From Podarcis muralis (lineage: Eukaryota), in the NCBI RefSeq assembly GCF_964188315.1, contig NC_135667.1:21948001-22012000 (forward strand): a DNA stretch of 64,000 nucleotides. Direction: 5' to 3'. A program made the translations under genes and the position numbers. Of this stretch, positions 28,593 through 42,948 are shown piece by piece. Numbering within the stretch: the stretch's first letter is position 1; the number at the start of each line of letters is the position of its first letter. The notes beneath the pieces were generated by a model. It saw only the letters and a program-made list of their open reading frames with translations, was not told where the DNA came from and did no database searches.

Positions 28593-30980
28593 TTTATACC
28601 CCGCCCTCCCCAGCCAAGGCCGGGCTCAGGGCGGATTACAAGCAATAATAAAAACAAGTTGAATGATTACAACTTAAAAACAAAATTAAAATACAACTTT
28701 AAAATATTAGGGAATATTAGGGAATCAGGGAGAAATTAGTAATTTCTCAATCTCTGTAAAAGTATATAGGGAACAGTGTAAAATATTGAATACAGTGTAA
28801 TTCTATCATGCCCGGCCCACCAGCTGAAACCCAAGTGCTAGTGTCCCTATGGGCTCCCTGCCCGGTCTGTGGAAAGCACAAGGTGCTGTTAGAGTTATTC
28901 AAGATCTTGCTGGAATCCCCTGTCACTGTGCAACCCAAGTAAGGGAGGAAGTGGTATGGCAGTACAGCAGAACTACAGCAGGCAGTGCAGAGGCCTTTCA
29001 AAAGCCTTTATCACCACCACAAACCCAATGACAGCAGGAAGGCCACTGGCTGAGGAGATTCAAGTGGCCAAGGAGGACGAGGCAAAGGGGCTTGTGGTGC
29101 CCTGAGATAGGCCTGGTCACCAATACTGTCAGTCAGTTGCTTTCTCCCCTCAGCATGGATGAGAACCCTGAGGAGACCCCCCCCTTCAATGTGTGGTTAT
29201 GTAAATAACCCAAGGCAAATGAATCACAACCATAAGATAATTTCTTCTGCAACAGTTGCTCCCTTCATAGTACACATTAATAAACATTATAATCACATTT
29301 CAAGCACTGAAGGAAAGTAGTCCTAAAACAGCCATAAGCTTAGAGGCACTTTCTAGTACTTACCCTCTTGGCCTGAGATCTTCCCTTCAGGACATGGGAT
29401 ACAATCATAGCAGCAAAATGGTTTCCCGTCCTTCACTTTCTTCCTAAAGCCAGGATGGCACCTCTTATTACATAAAGAAACAGGCTGCAACTAATTAATA
29501 AATGAAAGTGCAAAATAAGCTTTGAAATCAATAATAACAATAACAATAACAATTTTATTATTATTACCCATCTTTCTGGGTTCCCCCAGCCACTCTAGGT
29601 GGCTTCCTGCACACATAAAAACATAATAAAATGTTTTTGTGGGCTTTTCTTTTGTTCCTAAGTAATATCAGCATAAATCATATATGGTCAAGGTTGCAAG
29701 CTTTTGCTACCTTTCTTTATTAACCCAATAAATATGGTATCATATCATGCCTATATATTATCAAAACACACAGGTGCCACTATCCAAATGCTCACTGTAC
29801 CAAAATTCACTTATCCAAACACAAGGAATTAGTCCCCAAACCTTGCTAAATGCACCAAACTTTCTGACATCCAAACAGCTGAACCTTCGTGTACTACTGT
29901 GAACAAATAAGCAGCCTTTTACAAGACTTAGTTTTTTGTGTTCTTCTGGTCCATAGCAGGCATTTTGCCTGAAACAATGGTGGGAGGACAAGGGAAGAAG
30001 GAAAAAAGTTGGGCAAATAAGAGATCATTTCCCTCCACCTTTGCTTCCCTTTTGCAAGTTTTCAGAGGGTTTTCCTGTTTTGTTTTGTTTTGGGGTTATT
30101 TGGGGGTCGAAATTCTGTGATTGGGAATGTATTTGAAATTTCCCAATATGAATTGAAGGAAATTGATGATTTGTTATGCAAACACTCAGCTAACAAACGA
30201 TTTCCTCAGAACGCATTATGTTCAGATAGTGGGATCTGCATGCATTGATATTATGTAAGTTAGCTTTTTTTTTAAACGAATAACAGAATTCTATGGAGGT
30301 TCATGACCAGATGATGAAATTAATTTTAGACAATGATCACTGAAATTTGGATGTCATTTGCAATTACTGAGGGACCTACCTGATTAAACCCACTGTACCA
30401 TGTTATGGCCTCCTCATTGATGGTGAACATTTGGTTGGGATCCACCCTCCCAACTTTCACTCTATGAAATGATTGGTTTGAGAAAACAATCCAATTGATC
30501 ATATCAAACCCAGCCATTAACTCTCCATGCTGGTTAAAGGAAATGGTGTCCCCACCACTGTTGTTAAAGGAGACACTTCTGAGAAAATGGTGGAGCTAGG
30601 TTAAATTAGAAAAGGCAAGAATTTGAAAAGGGCTGTGACGCGCTCGTGCGCGCACACGTACACACACACACACACACACACACACTGTGTTTACATTTAA
30701 AAAATAACAACAACAAATTAGGCATGTAATTTATATTTTAATTTTAACACACAGAGCTCTACATGCACTGATGGAATTCTAAGTATTGGTTATGAAAGGA
30801 GCAATTACAAAATTGTTAAATAAAATATGTAAATACATCCTGATTATAGAATTAACAAGCAGCACAACAGTTGGGAAAGAGGTCTAAAGACAAGGATTTC
30901 CATTAGATAAGGTGGTTATGGCAAAAAGGCCTTCAACAAACATTTAGCGGTTTCCTGAAGGAAAGATGTTATTTTATTTC

Positions 30981-31037
<57 letters not shown>

Positions 31038-34000
31038 GCACACACACACATTCCATTTCAGTTATATATTCTTCTCCACCTCCCAAAATGTGATTTTGGG
31101 GCAGGCCCACAGTATATGCAATATCATGTACATCTCCAGCATGCACTGCTTCTGGTGCTGTACCACTTGAAATTGAGCCCATTACCTGCCACATTTGCTT
31201 ATTCTGGTGCTTCACTCCCACTGTACCTTCCATTGCTCTGTGTCTGAATATAGATGAGGACATACCATGTAAGGCATAGGCAACAGCATAGACAGCATTG
31301 TATATGTTGTAGCTGTGGCCTGACATGCTCATTTCAAAAAATGGTGCTGAAAGGCTCTCCAATTTCTCCTTCCCAGTGCAAATATCCCCTTTCACATCTC
31401 CCACATCTAGATTTGGGAATACACAGCCAAAGGCTTGTTGCCAGAAGCCCGTGATAAAACCATCTCCTTTTGCATGGGAAGGATTTCGTTTCTCAACAAA
31501 TGATTTGAAATCTGGTACATCACTGGAGTGAACTGTGAAGGAGAGGACACCATGAAATATTTCTGTTTCCCAGTCCCTTTGATAAAATTGTGAAGCGAGT
31601 TCCATTTGGGCTGTCGTTATCCACACTATACTTCTGGGTAGACTTGGTGGATTTTCTGCAAAATATGGAATCCATCTCAAAAACACCATGGATTTAGATT
31701 CTCCATAAAACAGGACAACATTCGCTTTGCTATTCATTACTTCAGTATATATTTTTGTCCCATCATTTAGTATTTCATCAATTTGGGAGTCAGTAGTTAA
31801 TGTAGGCACTCTGCTTATGAAGGCAGAGCAGACACCTTTCTGGGAAAACATTGGCAACAATGTTTGCAGAAATCTTTCACCATTTTCATTATCCATTACA
31901 AGGACGCCAATCCATGTCCACCTGAAATGCAGAAGCAAAGAAAGAATCCCTGTGTACTGAAGGGATTCCTGGGGGACCATCTGGTAGAAAGAACGTCCAC
32001 AGGATTTAGCATTCATCAATGGCACAGATCCATATATGAGCTGAAGAGAGATTGCAGGATGGGAAAGTAAGACAACAATAACAGAATTTATATTGCATAC
32101 CACATAACCTGTATTTCTATTTAAAACATTGTGGCTACACAGAGGGATTGACACTGGCTTTAGTGGAGGCTAGTCTGCCTCTTGTGCTTTATTGATTAGT
32201 CAATTTCATTTCTATAGCAACTTTCAACTCAAGAACACAGGGCAGTTTGCAAGTATATATACACATATATATAGAGAGAGAGAGAGAACACAAAATACAT
32301 AACCAAAAAACCCAAAAACAAACCAATAACCTCCTTTCGCAAACATATTTTATGAGGATATAGATTGTTTAATCAACCAAAGGCCTGGTTATAGAGAAAT
32401 GTTTTTGCCTGACACGTGAAGATATGCAATGAAGGTGCCAGGCGAGCCTCCTTGGAAAGAACATTGCACAGAAAATACCTGTTCTTGTGCTGCCACCCTC
32501 TGGACCTATCACAGATGAGGCACATGAAGAAGGGCCTCTGATGATGATCTCAGGGTTTGGATTGGTTCATATGAGGAGGGGTGGTCTTTGAGGTATTGTG
32601 GCCCTGAGCCTTTAAAGGCTTTATAGGTCAAAATAAGCACTTTGAATTGGGCCCATAAACTGATTGAACCCGACGGGTGAGTACCAGTCAATAGCCATTT
32701 ATGGAGCACCCCCTGCTGGTAGTTTACCCTTTCAGGCTCCCTGCAGAGTGGGGCAGGAGCCAGTTATAGTCACTGATACCAAGGCCTAAGCCAATACCAG
32801 TCACACTTGTGTATTCAATAAAGTCGTGGCCTAAATTTGCCCATTAACATTTAAACTAAATTCTGTCTTCATTGTGTCTTTAGGTTTTGGGGGCTTGACG
32901 CGCAGGGCCAGGATCAATGATATGCTCAAATCATCCTGCATTGGCTACCAGATTCTTCACCAGACCATCTTTAGAGGCAGCCTCACATATAATACATTAC
33001 AGTAATCCAATCTAGAGGTTACCAGAGCATGTGGATTCACATAAATAATGAAATGTTGTTTCTCTATAGCCACAGCAGGCAAACCTTCCAACAGTTTGAC
33101 TTCACCTCCAAAGGCGCACTCCTCCATTGTCTCCCAAGACAGATAAATGCCAATTGACTTTTCCAAATAGGAACATGTAGTCGTTGGGTGCAGAAAGTAT
33201 ACTGCCTGTTTTGAACTTTCTCTGTTGCCTGAATAACAGCAATGCAAGTTTTGAGCACTTTTGTTTTGCTTCAAATTCAAATCAGAGTTAACATGGCAAA
33301 GTAGGATTCCTTCTTACATGGTTTATGATGATATAGTTGTGTATCACACCTATAATTTTCCTCATCTATGAATGAAGCATAAATATCAACTTCTCTTATA
33401 ATGTATTTCATCTCTTGAACTGCACTTTTATTGCACTTGTAATAAATTGAATTGCACTTTTATTGCACTTGTAATAAAATAAAGTTCAGGGCAATCTGCA
33501 AATAGAAATAGAAATCACTCTGAACTAAAAAAAAATCCTAAGTAAAGGGGAAAGGGAAAGCAGGTATACTGACAGTACTGACAACCTCATAAATGACATC
33601 AGTTGGCCCTGTAAGAGAACACAAGCTTTCTGGGAAGATGATTTATAATGAATTTAAGAAAATGTTCAAAATAACTTTTAGAAAAAAGCTAGAAGCTTTT
33701 CTTTTATGGATAGTGAATACAGAAATTCTGAAGGACCTTAGAAATTTGTTTATGTCTGCTACAACCACAGCCAGAATGGCATTTGCCCAGAGATGGAAAG
33801 AGGATGCTGTTCCAACTAATGAAGAGTGGCTGATTAAATTGAAGGATTATGCCAAAATGGCAAAATTAACAGGTGTGCTAAGAAACCAAGAGGATTTTTT
33901 TTTAAAGGAGTGGGAAATATTTGTAGTATATCTGAAAAATAATGGTATGCAACTAAGTGCATTGGTAGAGTTAACTTAAACCAAGCAGTTTAAAGTGTTA

Positions 34001-34243
34001 CCAAGATTAATTGTAGAGTAACTAAAAAATGGAGTACAGTGGAAAATGCAGTGTTAAAAATCTAAGAGAATAAACCACAAAAGTGGGGTGTGGGGCTTGA
34101 TATGTATCTGTATTGGAAGTATGTGACTATAAGATGTGTACTTGTAAATTTTTGAAAACTGAAAATAAAATTCATTAATAAAATAAAATGACATCAGAAA
34201 CATAAGACTACATCAACTGTGTCTCTTAAATTCCCACACCACA

Positions 34244-34311
<68 letters not shown>

Positions 34312-35348
34312 TCCTACCTGTGGAACCTTATAGTTATTCAAGAGGTTTGCCACATTAATGGAAATTTGGGCATCCAGCCCCCCAATGACAGCTAGATTTT
34401 TCTGGTTGTCACATAGGTAGTTAGGGATAAATCTTTCCAGAGCTGATAGAAGCAGCATTGTGGCATGATAGGTCTTCTTTGCATTGTTATGGCTGTCATA
34501 GATGTTGAATCCCAACGTGAGATTGGGTAAGATTTGAGGGTTTCCATTGATCTCCTTTACCGCAAAAGCCAAGGCTGCGATGTGTTGGTAATACTTAGAC
34601 ACAATGCTAGAATGAGAGTTTTATTCTGTATCAAAATGATATTCCACACATAACTTAATTATTTCCACTGTGTTAATGTCCCTTTAATTTATTCATGATT
34701 ACAGCAGTTAATCTTAAATAACTCTTTGCCATAAAAGATAAGCAAAACTAGTGTTCAAGTTCCGAACATGACACACCGTGTGCTGTCTGAGTAGGGTATC
34801 TAAAGATCATTTACTAAAACAAGCAACACTGAAAAGTCGAATGAGCTGTGTATATTTATTCTGAAAAAGAAATGCTTAAAAGGAGAAAAGATAGCTGTCT
34901 TCAAATATTTGATAAGCTATCAAGAAAAAGGTGGAGCAGGCTTATTTGCTGTTGCTACAAAGGGAAATGAGTAATGAGTGAGAACTGCAAAAAAGAGCAG
35001 ACTTTTTGCTAAATATTAGCAGAAGCTGCTAGGTTTGGGGTAGTAAAACTGGTACCTTCCTCCGAATGTGGGTCTACAACTTTACTCATTATCTGAGTGT
35101 CGACAGAAAAGGAAATGATCTTTAATGCCTTACACAAATGATTCTGTCAACGTTGGCAGAGGTTCTTCTGTGAAAAGTATTTTACTGTTGACGATGCAGG
35201 CGTGATAAGCAATGCCACCAATGATGACGTTTCCTGGCTGGTTATAAGTCTGAACTGGAGCTTGTGGATAATGGAAGCTGCATTGGACAGCATATGCTAC
35301 ACATGTCATGCGAGGAAACAGGGACAGTAGCAGGATGACTGAAACCAT
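27366..35348 (-). CDS. V2R vomeronasal type-2 receptor, gene 3, complete: exons 35134-35348, 34318-34606, 31186-32040, 30380-30595, 29364-29490, 27366-28267 (2604 bp)
   Basis: Exons of 215/289/855/216/127/902 bp, GT-AG, frame preserved. Exon 2 has an in-frame one-codon deletion. Confidence 0.96.
28590..28710 (-). mobile_element. L2-type LINE extreme 3' end with (GAT)n tail
   Basis: Near reverse complement of 55140-55270, adjacent to (ATC)n at 28537-28592. Confidence 0.7.
30985..31050. repeat. (CT)n..(CA)n microsatellite
   Basis: Seen directly. Confidence 0.95.
32370..33030 (-). mobile_element. L2-type LINE fragment interrupted by a 240-bp LTR-like insert (32665-32904)
   Basis: Minus-strand peptides [21 protein letters not shown] and [24 protein letters not shown]. 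The insert is TG...CA with AATAAA at 32817-32822. Confidence 0.7.
33600..34190 (+). mobile_element. L1-type LINE 3' end
   Basis: [21 protein letters not shown]...[24 protein letters not shown], homologous to 12860-13220, followed by a 3'UTR and AATAAA-rich tail. Confidence 0.75.
34238..34308. repeat. (CA)n(GA)n microsatellite beside the gene 3 exon-2 donor
   Basis: Seen directly. Confidence 0.95.
34880..35030 (+). mobile_element. Old CR1 LINE fragment in gene 3 intron 1
   Basis: gatagctgtcttcaaatatttg...ggagcaggcttatttgctgttgc matches the CR1 ORF2 3' end; homologous to 47580-47840. Confidence 0.55.
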
Positions 35349-35594
35349 TCTCAGTACAAGACCAAATCTTCACTCTACACACAAAATCCTCTGTTTTCTT
35401 CTTACTTGAACATTTCACATTTTCCTGATATTCCCAAAACCTGTAATATCGAAGATCAGAGCTGTGGATCTTTGCCTGTTCCTAGTCTATCTTCCTCCCT
35501 TTGAATTATACTGGGTATATTAATAGCAGGCTTCGCAGGCTTTGCTCTTTGTTTTGTGAGAGGACACTGAAATCCCACTGGGGTTTGAATGAAT

Positions 35595-35770
35595 ATCAGA
35601 ACTAATTGCAGATCTGACGAGGTAATTGTGAAGGTAGTTATTGGGTTAAAGGCAGCTGTTGAGTTAAGGTTGGGTAGTCCCTATGGGATTGAGAAAACTT
35701 GTTTGTCACATATTCTCAGCTGAATTATCTCTCTCAGATAGGAACAGATGGCAGAGCTTGTAATGACCCC
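35595..35770 (-). promoter_or_regulatory. Conserved upstream module of gene 3 (putative promoter)
   Basis: CTAATTG, GTAATTG, TCCCTATGGGA (35678-35688) and TTGTTTGTCACATATTCT. Confidence 0.4.
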
Positions 35771-36649
35771 CCAGTAAGAAAAGAAGACGGTATTCAAGGG
35801 TGACCAACATGGTGCCTGTGAGTGCTACTGTGCCCACCTGTACTTCCAATGAGAGGAGTGAAGTTTCTTTGTGAATATCCCATCAATATTCACAGATATT
35901 ACCAATGTTTGCATTGGGTCACCTGCTCTGACATTAAAGTCATTGTGTTTTGTCCCCACAACACGCCACACATGTTTCTTTGACAATCCCTGTTATCAGG
36001 CAACTATGAGTTTGATTGCCCATGATGAAATGTGAACCACTTGTGATCCATTGAGCTATAGACATTGTCTGTATTCTGGCCTGCCACCTTCCTGTGTATA
36101 TGTGAAAGAGTCCCTGAATGGTTCCTCCCTGGGTTTTTCTAAAAAAATCAATTGGATACTCTAATGAAATAAGCCCTATTAATTCTCCTTACTCCTGTTT
36201 TATTTTATTTTATACTTTCATTTATTTAACAATTCAATGAGATGCAAACAAATAAAACACTAATCCAATTAAATTCATAACTAGTAAACATTATTCTGCA
36301 ATATAACCCAGAGCATTATCTGTGGTGGCACCTATATTATGGAATATTCTTCATTTAGTGATTTGGTGGGCACCTTCTGTGATGTGCTCTGCCAGTGGTT
36401 GAAGACATTCTTGTTAGCCCAAGTATTTGCAGACTCTTGATTAATTAGCTCACTTTTTGGTGTGTATTTTTGGACTAAAGTATGATATATTTGTTTCTTT
36501 CTTAGTTTCATTGTTTAACATTGTTGCATATTGCTTTGATATAGTTTGTAAAAAAAAAGATATACAAATATTTAAATAAAATAATTAAATAGAATGTGCA
36601 ATTATATAATATAAGGTTTTGCCATTAAAGCACATTCCACTTTACCAAG

Positions 36650-36800
36650 CTTTCTGACGGAACAGGTTGATTTTTGGTAGTGTCACCCACCCTGTGGAAT
36701 ACCCTCCCATCAGATGTCAATGAGATGAATAACTATATAACATTTAGAAGACACCTGAATGCAGCCCTGTATAGGGAAGCCTTTCAATGTGTAATGTAAT
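36650..36800 (+). mobile_element. L2-type LINE 3' fragment
   Basis: ccaccctgtggaataccctcccatcagatgtc...acatttagaagacacctgaatgcagccctgtatagggaag (PTLWNTLP...TFRRHL motif). Confidence 0.5.
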
Positions 36801-36825
36801 GCAACCCAGTCCGTTGGCAGAGTAT

Positions 36826-36873
36826 TGTTGTTGTTGTTGTTGTTGTTGTAGTTGTTGTTGTTGTTGTTGTTGT
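36826..36873. repeat. (GTT)n microsatellite
   Basis: Seen directly. Confidence 0.95.
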
Positions 36874-37176
36874 TAGAAGACAAATAATGGAGGAGCCCTG
36901 ATGCAACTAGCTATTTATTCCAATAATATAGAATGAATATTGTAGTTTAAAGATCATTTGCTCTAGTTTTAAATTGATTTAATGTTATTATTTTTGAATA
37001 CTACCCACATAGAGAGCCTTTTACAGTGAAGAACAGATTATAAATTTAAAAACACAGTGACATCTGTAGGGAAACATATTTATGGCACCTGCTGAAAGGG
37101 AAGCTCTTACAAATATTCTGATGTGCAAACAAAAGCAAAACTCCAGAGTTCTAAAACATGAAGGTGCAGAAATTCT

Positions 37177-40100
37177 TCAGGCCTTATTTCTTATTAGATG
37201 TTCCCTGTTGTTCAGCTCAGGCCGTAACACAATAATGTAGCATTTGGGGGCAAAGATGCAGCACAGCAGACCAGCACTGGAGGCTAAGATAGAAAAGATC
37301 TCCACAGCTACCATGTATTTTCCCTTGGTGCTCAGGTAGGAGGGAATAAAGGACAGCCAAACACTGCAAAAGACCAGCATGCTGAAAGTGATGAACTTGG
37401 CTTCGTTGAAACTGTCAGGTAACTTCCGGGCAAGGAAAGCCACAGTGAAGCTGACAATAGCCAGGAAGCCCATGTAGCCCAGGACACAGTAAAACATAGT
37501 CACGGATCCCTCATTGCATTCTAGTACAACTTCTTTAGTCAACGAGTGTGTGTCAACATCTGGGAATGGGGGTGAGAATCCCAGCCACACAGTACACACA
37601 GCTGCTTGAATAAGGGAGCTGGAAGCCACAATGGAAGTGGTTGTTCTCTTCCCCACCCACTTCCTCATCTTGGATCCTGGTTTGGTGGCCATAAAAGCCA
37701 GAACTACTGTGATGGTTTTTGCTAACACGCAAGAAACAGCTACTGAGAAGATGATGCCAAATGTTGTTTGTCGGAGGAGGCATGTCACCTTCTCAGGCTT
37801 TCCGATGAATAGCAATGCACAAAGGAAGCAGAAGAGAAGGGCAATGAGGAGAGTGTAGGTGAGGTCCCGATTGTTGGCTTTGACAATGGGTGTGCTGTGG
37901 TGCTTTAGAAATGTCCACAGCACCAGAGCTGTAACCAAAGAAAAGGAAAGAACAAAGCAGACTAAAATGTTCCCCAAAGTTTCTTCAAAAGACAAGAAGC
38001 TTATTTCCTTGGGAAGGCACATATCCCGATTTGTGTTTGGATATTCTTCTTCTGAGCATTTATTACAATCATTCATGTCTGAAAAAGAAGGCATATGGTC
38101 TTAATTTGGGGGTGGGGAGAGTTATAATTGGGTTGTTGTTTTTGCAAACAGAGAACATATTTTAGTCTATACTTCCTTCAGCACGTGCAGTATGAAAAGT
38201 ATCACTCATCCTCTAAGTGGCACAGAACGTGGGATTACTAAATCACAGTTAATTTGCTTTGGTGGCCTTGTTTAAAAGGTATACATCCATAGCACAGCAT
38301 CTAACGCAGGCTAGGAGAATAGTAGAGGAGCAAGAAATTGTTATATTTGTGCTATGCCAGCTCCCAGGATGGCACAGCAAAGAGGCCCAGAGCTGCAAGT
38401 TGCTGAGGGGGGTCAAAAAGATCATTTTCCAATTCACTTCTGTTCTTCAAACATCTCATGATGCCAGCATGTGTTTACCCTCTCTATCACTTGTAGGCAT
38501 ACCACCTAAGTGCTGTAATGATGGAGCCAGGTGAAGTCACACTCCCCCCTCATCAAAAGTACTCCACTATGACTTGAACTGCTCTGCCTTTCACTAGAGT
38601 AGGGGTGGTAAACCTGCTGCCTGCAGTCCAAACTTGACATGCCAGGCCTCCTCATTTGACTCTTGGGGCTCCTTTGAATATGCCATGTCCACCTGCCTTG
38701 CACCAGATATCAGGATGTGGTGCAGGTAAGTCTAGGGCTTCAATGTGGTAATAATCAGAAGCTAAAAATGAGCTCCCCTTCTTTCCTTTGCTGGAGCAGT
38801 TAGCTGATGAGTGGTGCTAGCACTACTTGCTCCAGCGTAAAATCTCTAGATCATCAGCAGTCTCAAAGGAAACTGCTTATCCCTCCCAGTGCTGCAGGTA
38901 TAAGTGCAATATCCAAAATCAGATGTCTCTCTCTCTGTGTGTGTGTGTTATTATGTAGAAATTAGGACATTAGCTATCTTACAAAAGTTTGGGAGTCTCA
39001 ATACAAAGTGTTGTTGAATAGATGTAATATTAGTGTGCAATTCTATCCTACCCCCCACCAGCCTGCCATTGCTTTACCAGTGTGGGCCTGTGTCAGAGTG
39101 TTCAGACCAAATCAGTCCCAATGGTGGCAGAGGTGATGGCTCAGGATCCAAGTTCTCACAGGGTGGCATACTTCCTCTGCAAGCCCTGATGCCTTCCCCC
39201 CCTTCCTGCATCCTACATCACCCCCCAACCTGGTGCAAAGTGCATGTGAATATGTTTAAAGTATTGGATACATAATGCCTGGGTTGGGGCGTTTAATGGC
39301 TGCCATCCATGAACAATTCAACCCTCCCACTGAAAGTTACATTCTTTCCTGAATATCATCAGTACCTCCCTTCAGATAACTACTCAGAAGGCATTATCAT
39401 TTCTTGATAGAAACTGATGTGAGTAACCTGAAGCTAATGATAATAGGGACCCCTGACCATTAGGTCCAGTCGTGACAGACTCTGGGGTTGCAGCGCTCAT
39501 CTCGCTTTATTGGCCGAGAGAGCCGGCATACAGCTTCCGGGTCATGTGGCCAGCATGACGAAGCCGCTTCTGCACATTAATGGCTGCACATTCCAAACAC
39601 TTCAAACATTAGAGAAAAGTAACTGTGATATAGGCACATTCCTCTGTCTTTAAGTCGGAACAATTGTGTCGAGTAATACAATATATTCTTAATTCTTACC
39701 CTCCTGGTCTGAAATCTTCCCTTCAGGACATGGGATGCAATCATAACAGCAAAATGGTTCCCCGTCCTTCACTTTCTTCCTAAAGCCAGGATGGCACCTC
39801 TCATTACATAAAGAAAGTGGCTGGGTCTAATGCAAAAATGAGAAAGCAAAATAGGAGATGTAATTCTTATGTTTCTTTTGACTTCTTTTTTGTTCCAAAG
39901 TGATATCACCATAAGCAGCATATGGTTAAGACTGCTACCTTTCTTTATTAGCACAAATAAAATGATATCCTATTGTGCCTAAATATTTACATTAATTACA
40001 CTTGTCAAAGTGATGGGTTTTTTGTAAATTGATTCTCTACTTTGATTCCTATATGGGCTTTTACACTTTAGGTTATTCAATCATTGCAATGCATGTTTTT

Positions 40101-42896
40101 TCAGACATACATGCAAACATACATACATATCATTTTCTTTCAACTATTGGTATGTTTCAACAACCCATTGTTAGTATATGCTGGCAGAGGGTGCCAGGTA
40201 TCATCTGCTTCTAGTGGTGGAATTTGGTGACTGTTAAATAACATAGAGATATAATTAAATTCTATATTACATTTCCTCAAAATCATTCTAGGTTAATAGA
40301 GAGAAGAACATATTAGCCATAGTAACTTTTGGAACCCCATATACTATATTTAATCTACTGTTCATCTTTCTTTGAGAAAAAAAGCAACAACAGCAGCAGT
40401 ATATTTTTATAGGTTTTCATTAATATCTTATTAATAAATCAGTTTTAGACATCAGGACAGATAGTTGTTGGCATCTGTTTGTCTCAGGAGACAATGGAGT
40501 GTGGCTCTGGTTGTGAAGTCAAACTGCTGCATTAGCAGAACCAAAGTGACATCCCTGGGGTGTAAACCCGGGTAGTGTATATGGAGGTTCCTGACTGCCC
40601 CAAGACCCACCCCCTTTGTACTCATTGACATGGTCCAATGGAGCAATACATTTGGCACCAGTCTGGCTGCAGGAGTTGCCAGAAGGAGGCATACAATGTG
40701 CTGTCCAACCGTTTTAGGGTAGTGTTGCCATATCTTGAAGAGCAAAAAGAAGGATAGCCAAAGCTGCTGTTAGCACAAGCTGCAGAAGGAGGTGGATTGG
40801 TATGGGTGCATGGGGCAGTGGCTGTGGCATGCAGAGCAGCCCACGACTGCGCCCAAGCTGCCCGTGCCCGACCCCACACCGAAGCCACCTGTGCCTGCAT
40901 CCAAGCTCAAGCCCACCCGCCAAAAAACCCAGACATTTCCGTTAAAGTGTTTCAGATCCCCCCCCCCCCCAAGGACATATCTTGGATTTCCCAGATGTGT
41001 GGCACTCTGGATCTGTGTAGGCTTTACTTCTTAGCATTTTCTTTTCCTGAAAATATCATGCAAGTAGCAGAGGTTTAGCACCAGAGTTTTCAGTCTCCTA
41101 GATGGGCTACCTTCCCAGGTTGATAGGTCCTATCTGCCCCTCACTCTCCTTTACACCATGTGCAAAAACTGCCTTCTTGACCGTTCAACCCCGTATTGCT
41201 CTTGTCTGCTCTATCCACCGGAGCATGTATTTGCCTGCAGGTGAAGTCCCTTACTAAATGAGGGTTTGAGACCCATTGACTACCCTCACCTCACTTATCA
41301 GGCCAGTTGAAACCTTTCCCAGGGTTTGGCCATTGTCCTATGCTGCAAGCTTCTAGGAGTTATAGCTGAGGGCTGAGGGCTGAGGGCTGAGGGCTGAGGG
41401 CTGAGAGCAGGGTGGGGACCAAAGGTGTACAAACTACCCCAGAAAAAGCATGATATGTTGCCCACCAGAGGTACTACCCCATCCCTAACACCACATACAC
41501 CCCAGACAGTTTGTACTCATTCAAAATTGGATATAATGTTCACTAGGCAAGGGACTTACCTGGTTAAACCCACTGTACCATGTTATGGCATCCGCATTGA
41601 TGGTGAACACTTGGTTAGGATCCACCCTTCCAACTTTCACCCTATGAAATGATTGGTTTGGGAAAACAATCCAGTTGATCACATCAAATCCAGCCACTAT
41701 CTCCCCATTCTGGTCAAAGGAAACTGTGTCTCCAGCATTGTTGTTAAAGGAGACACTTCTGAGGAAATGATGGAGCTAGGTTGGTTAGAAGAAGGTAAGA
41801 GTTGAGAAAGGACTGCAATTGGATTTTTCATATCAAGAAGTAATGTTATGTATGGGTTTTGATTTGGCGGGAAAACATAGAATCATAGAATCATAGAGTT
41901 GGAATAGACCACAAGGGCCATCGACTCCAACCCCCTGCCAAGCAGGAAAAACCATCAGAGCACTCCTGACATATGGTTGTCAAGCCTCTGCTTAAAGACC
42001 TCCAAAGAAGGAGACTCCACCACACTCCTTGGCAGCAAATTCCACTGTCGAACAGCTCTTACTGTCAGGAAGTTCTTCCTAATGTTTAGGTGGAATCTTC
42101 TTTCTTGTAGTTTGGATCCATTGCTCCGTGTCCGCTTCTCTGGAGCAGCAGAAAACAACCTTTCTCCCTCCTCTATATGACATCCTTTTATATATTTGAA
42201 CATGGCTATCATATCGCCCCTTAACCTCCTCTTCTATGAAAAATACTCTCACTGTTTATGATTTAGAGATGGGAGCAGATACAATTAATGATGAAAATCA
42301 TAACTGTGACATGATTGTCAATGTTATAATGAATTTGACTTAAGAGTTGCCTTAAACAGAAGTCTCACATCAGTTTACAAAATGTAATACATTATACCAC
42401 CACAAAGCAAACTTCCTGTCACGTTTGTTCATACTCTTTCCCAAGAGAGTGATGGAGAGGAGGAAGGCAGTGGAGAGATCTGTGTAGCTTCAGTGCACCA
42501 GCAGAACCAGTGCTCCCACAGGGCAGCTGCTCTATCTCAACTTCCCTGCCACTTTCCCCTGCTAATCTCCCTTCTGGCCAAGAGCAGTGATGATGCCACC
42601 AGGAAGCTATTTGGTTATCCACCTATTTGACTCCCATCATGAAAACGTATCTTCCAATAAATGCTTCTACAGCAAATGTCTTTTTTGAACATTCACCCAT
42701 TACATTGAATAGTTTGCACATTCATTCATACGCCTTTAGGCACTGGGCAAAAATGTTCTTTTTTAACCAGGCCTTTTTTAACCAACATCCCATTCCCTTT
42801 TAAAATGTGGCTCTTTTTGGTTATTGCTTTTATTTTTATTTTATATATTGTGATCCTTTTATGTGAACCACCCTGAGACCTCCAGGTATATGGTGG

Positions 42897-42948
<52 letters not shown>

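Noticed and set aside
33421-33480. Tandem 28-30-bp duplication (also 3340-3410, 59920-59950), considered as CRISPR-like or regulatory repeats
   Set aside because: Only two copies with no unique spacers; ordinary slippage duplications in vertebrate intronic DNA.
40622-41078. Cluster of GC-rich short ORFs
   Set aside because: They lie within a nested MITE-like insert in a repeat and show no recognisable protein motifs.
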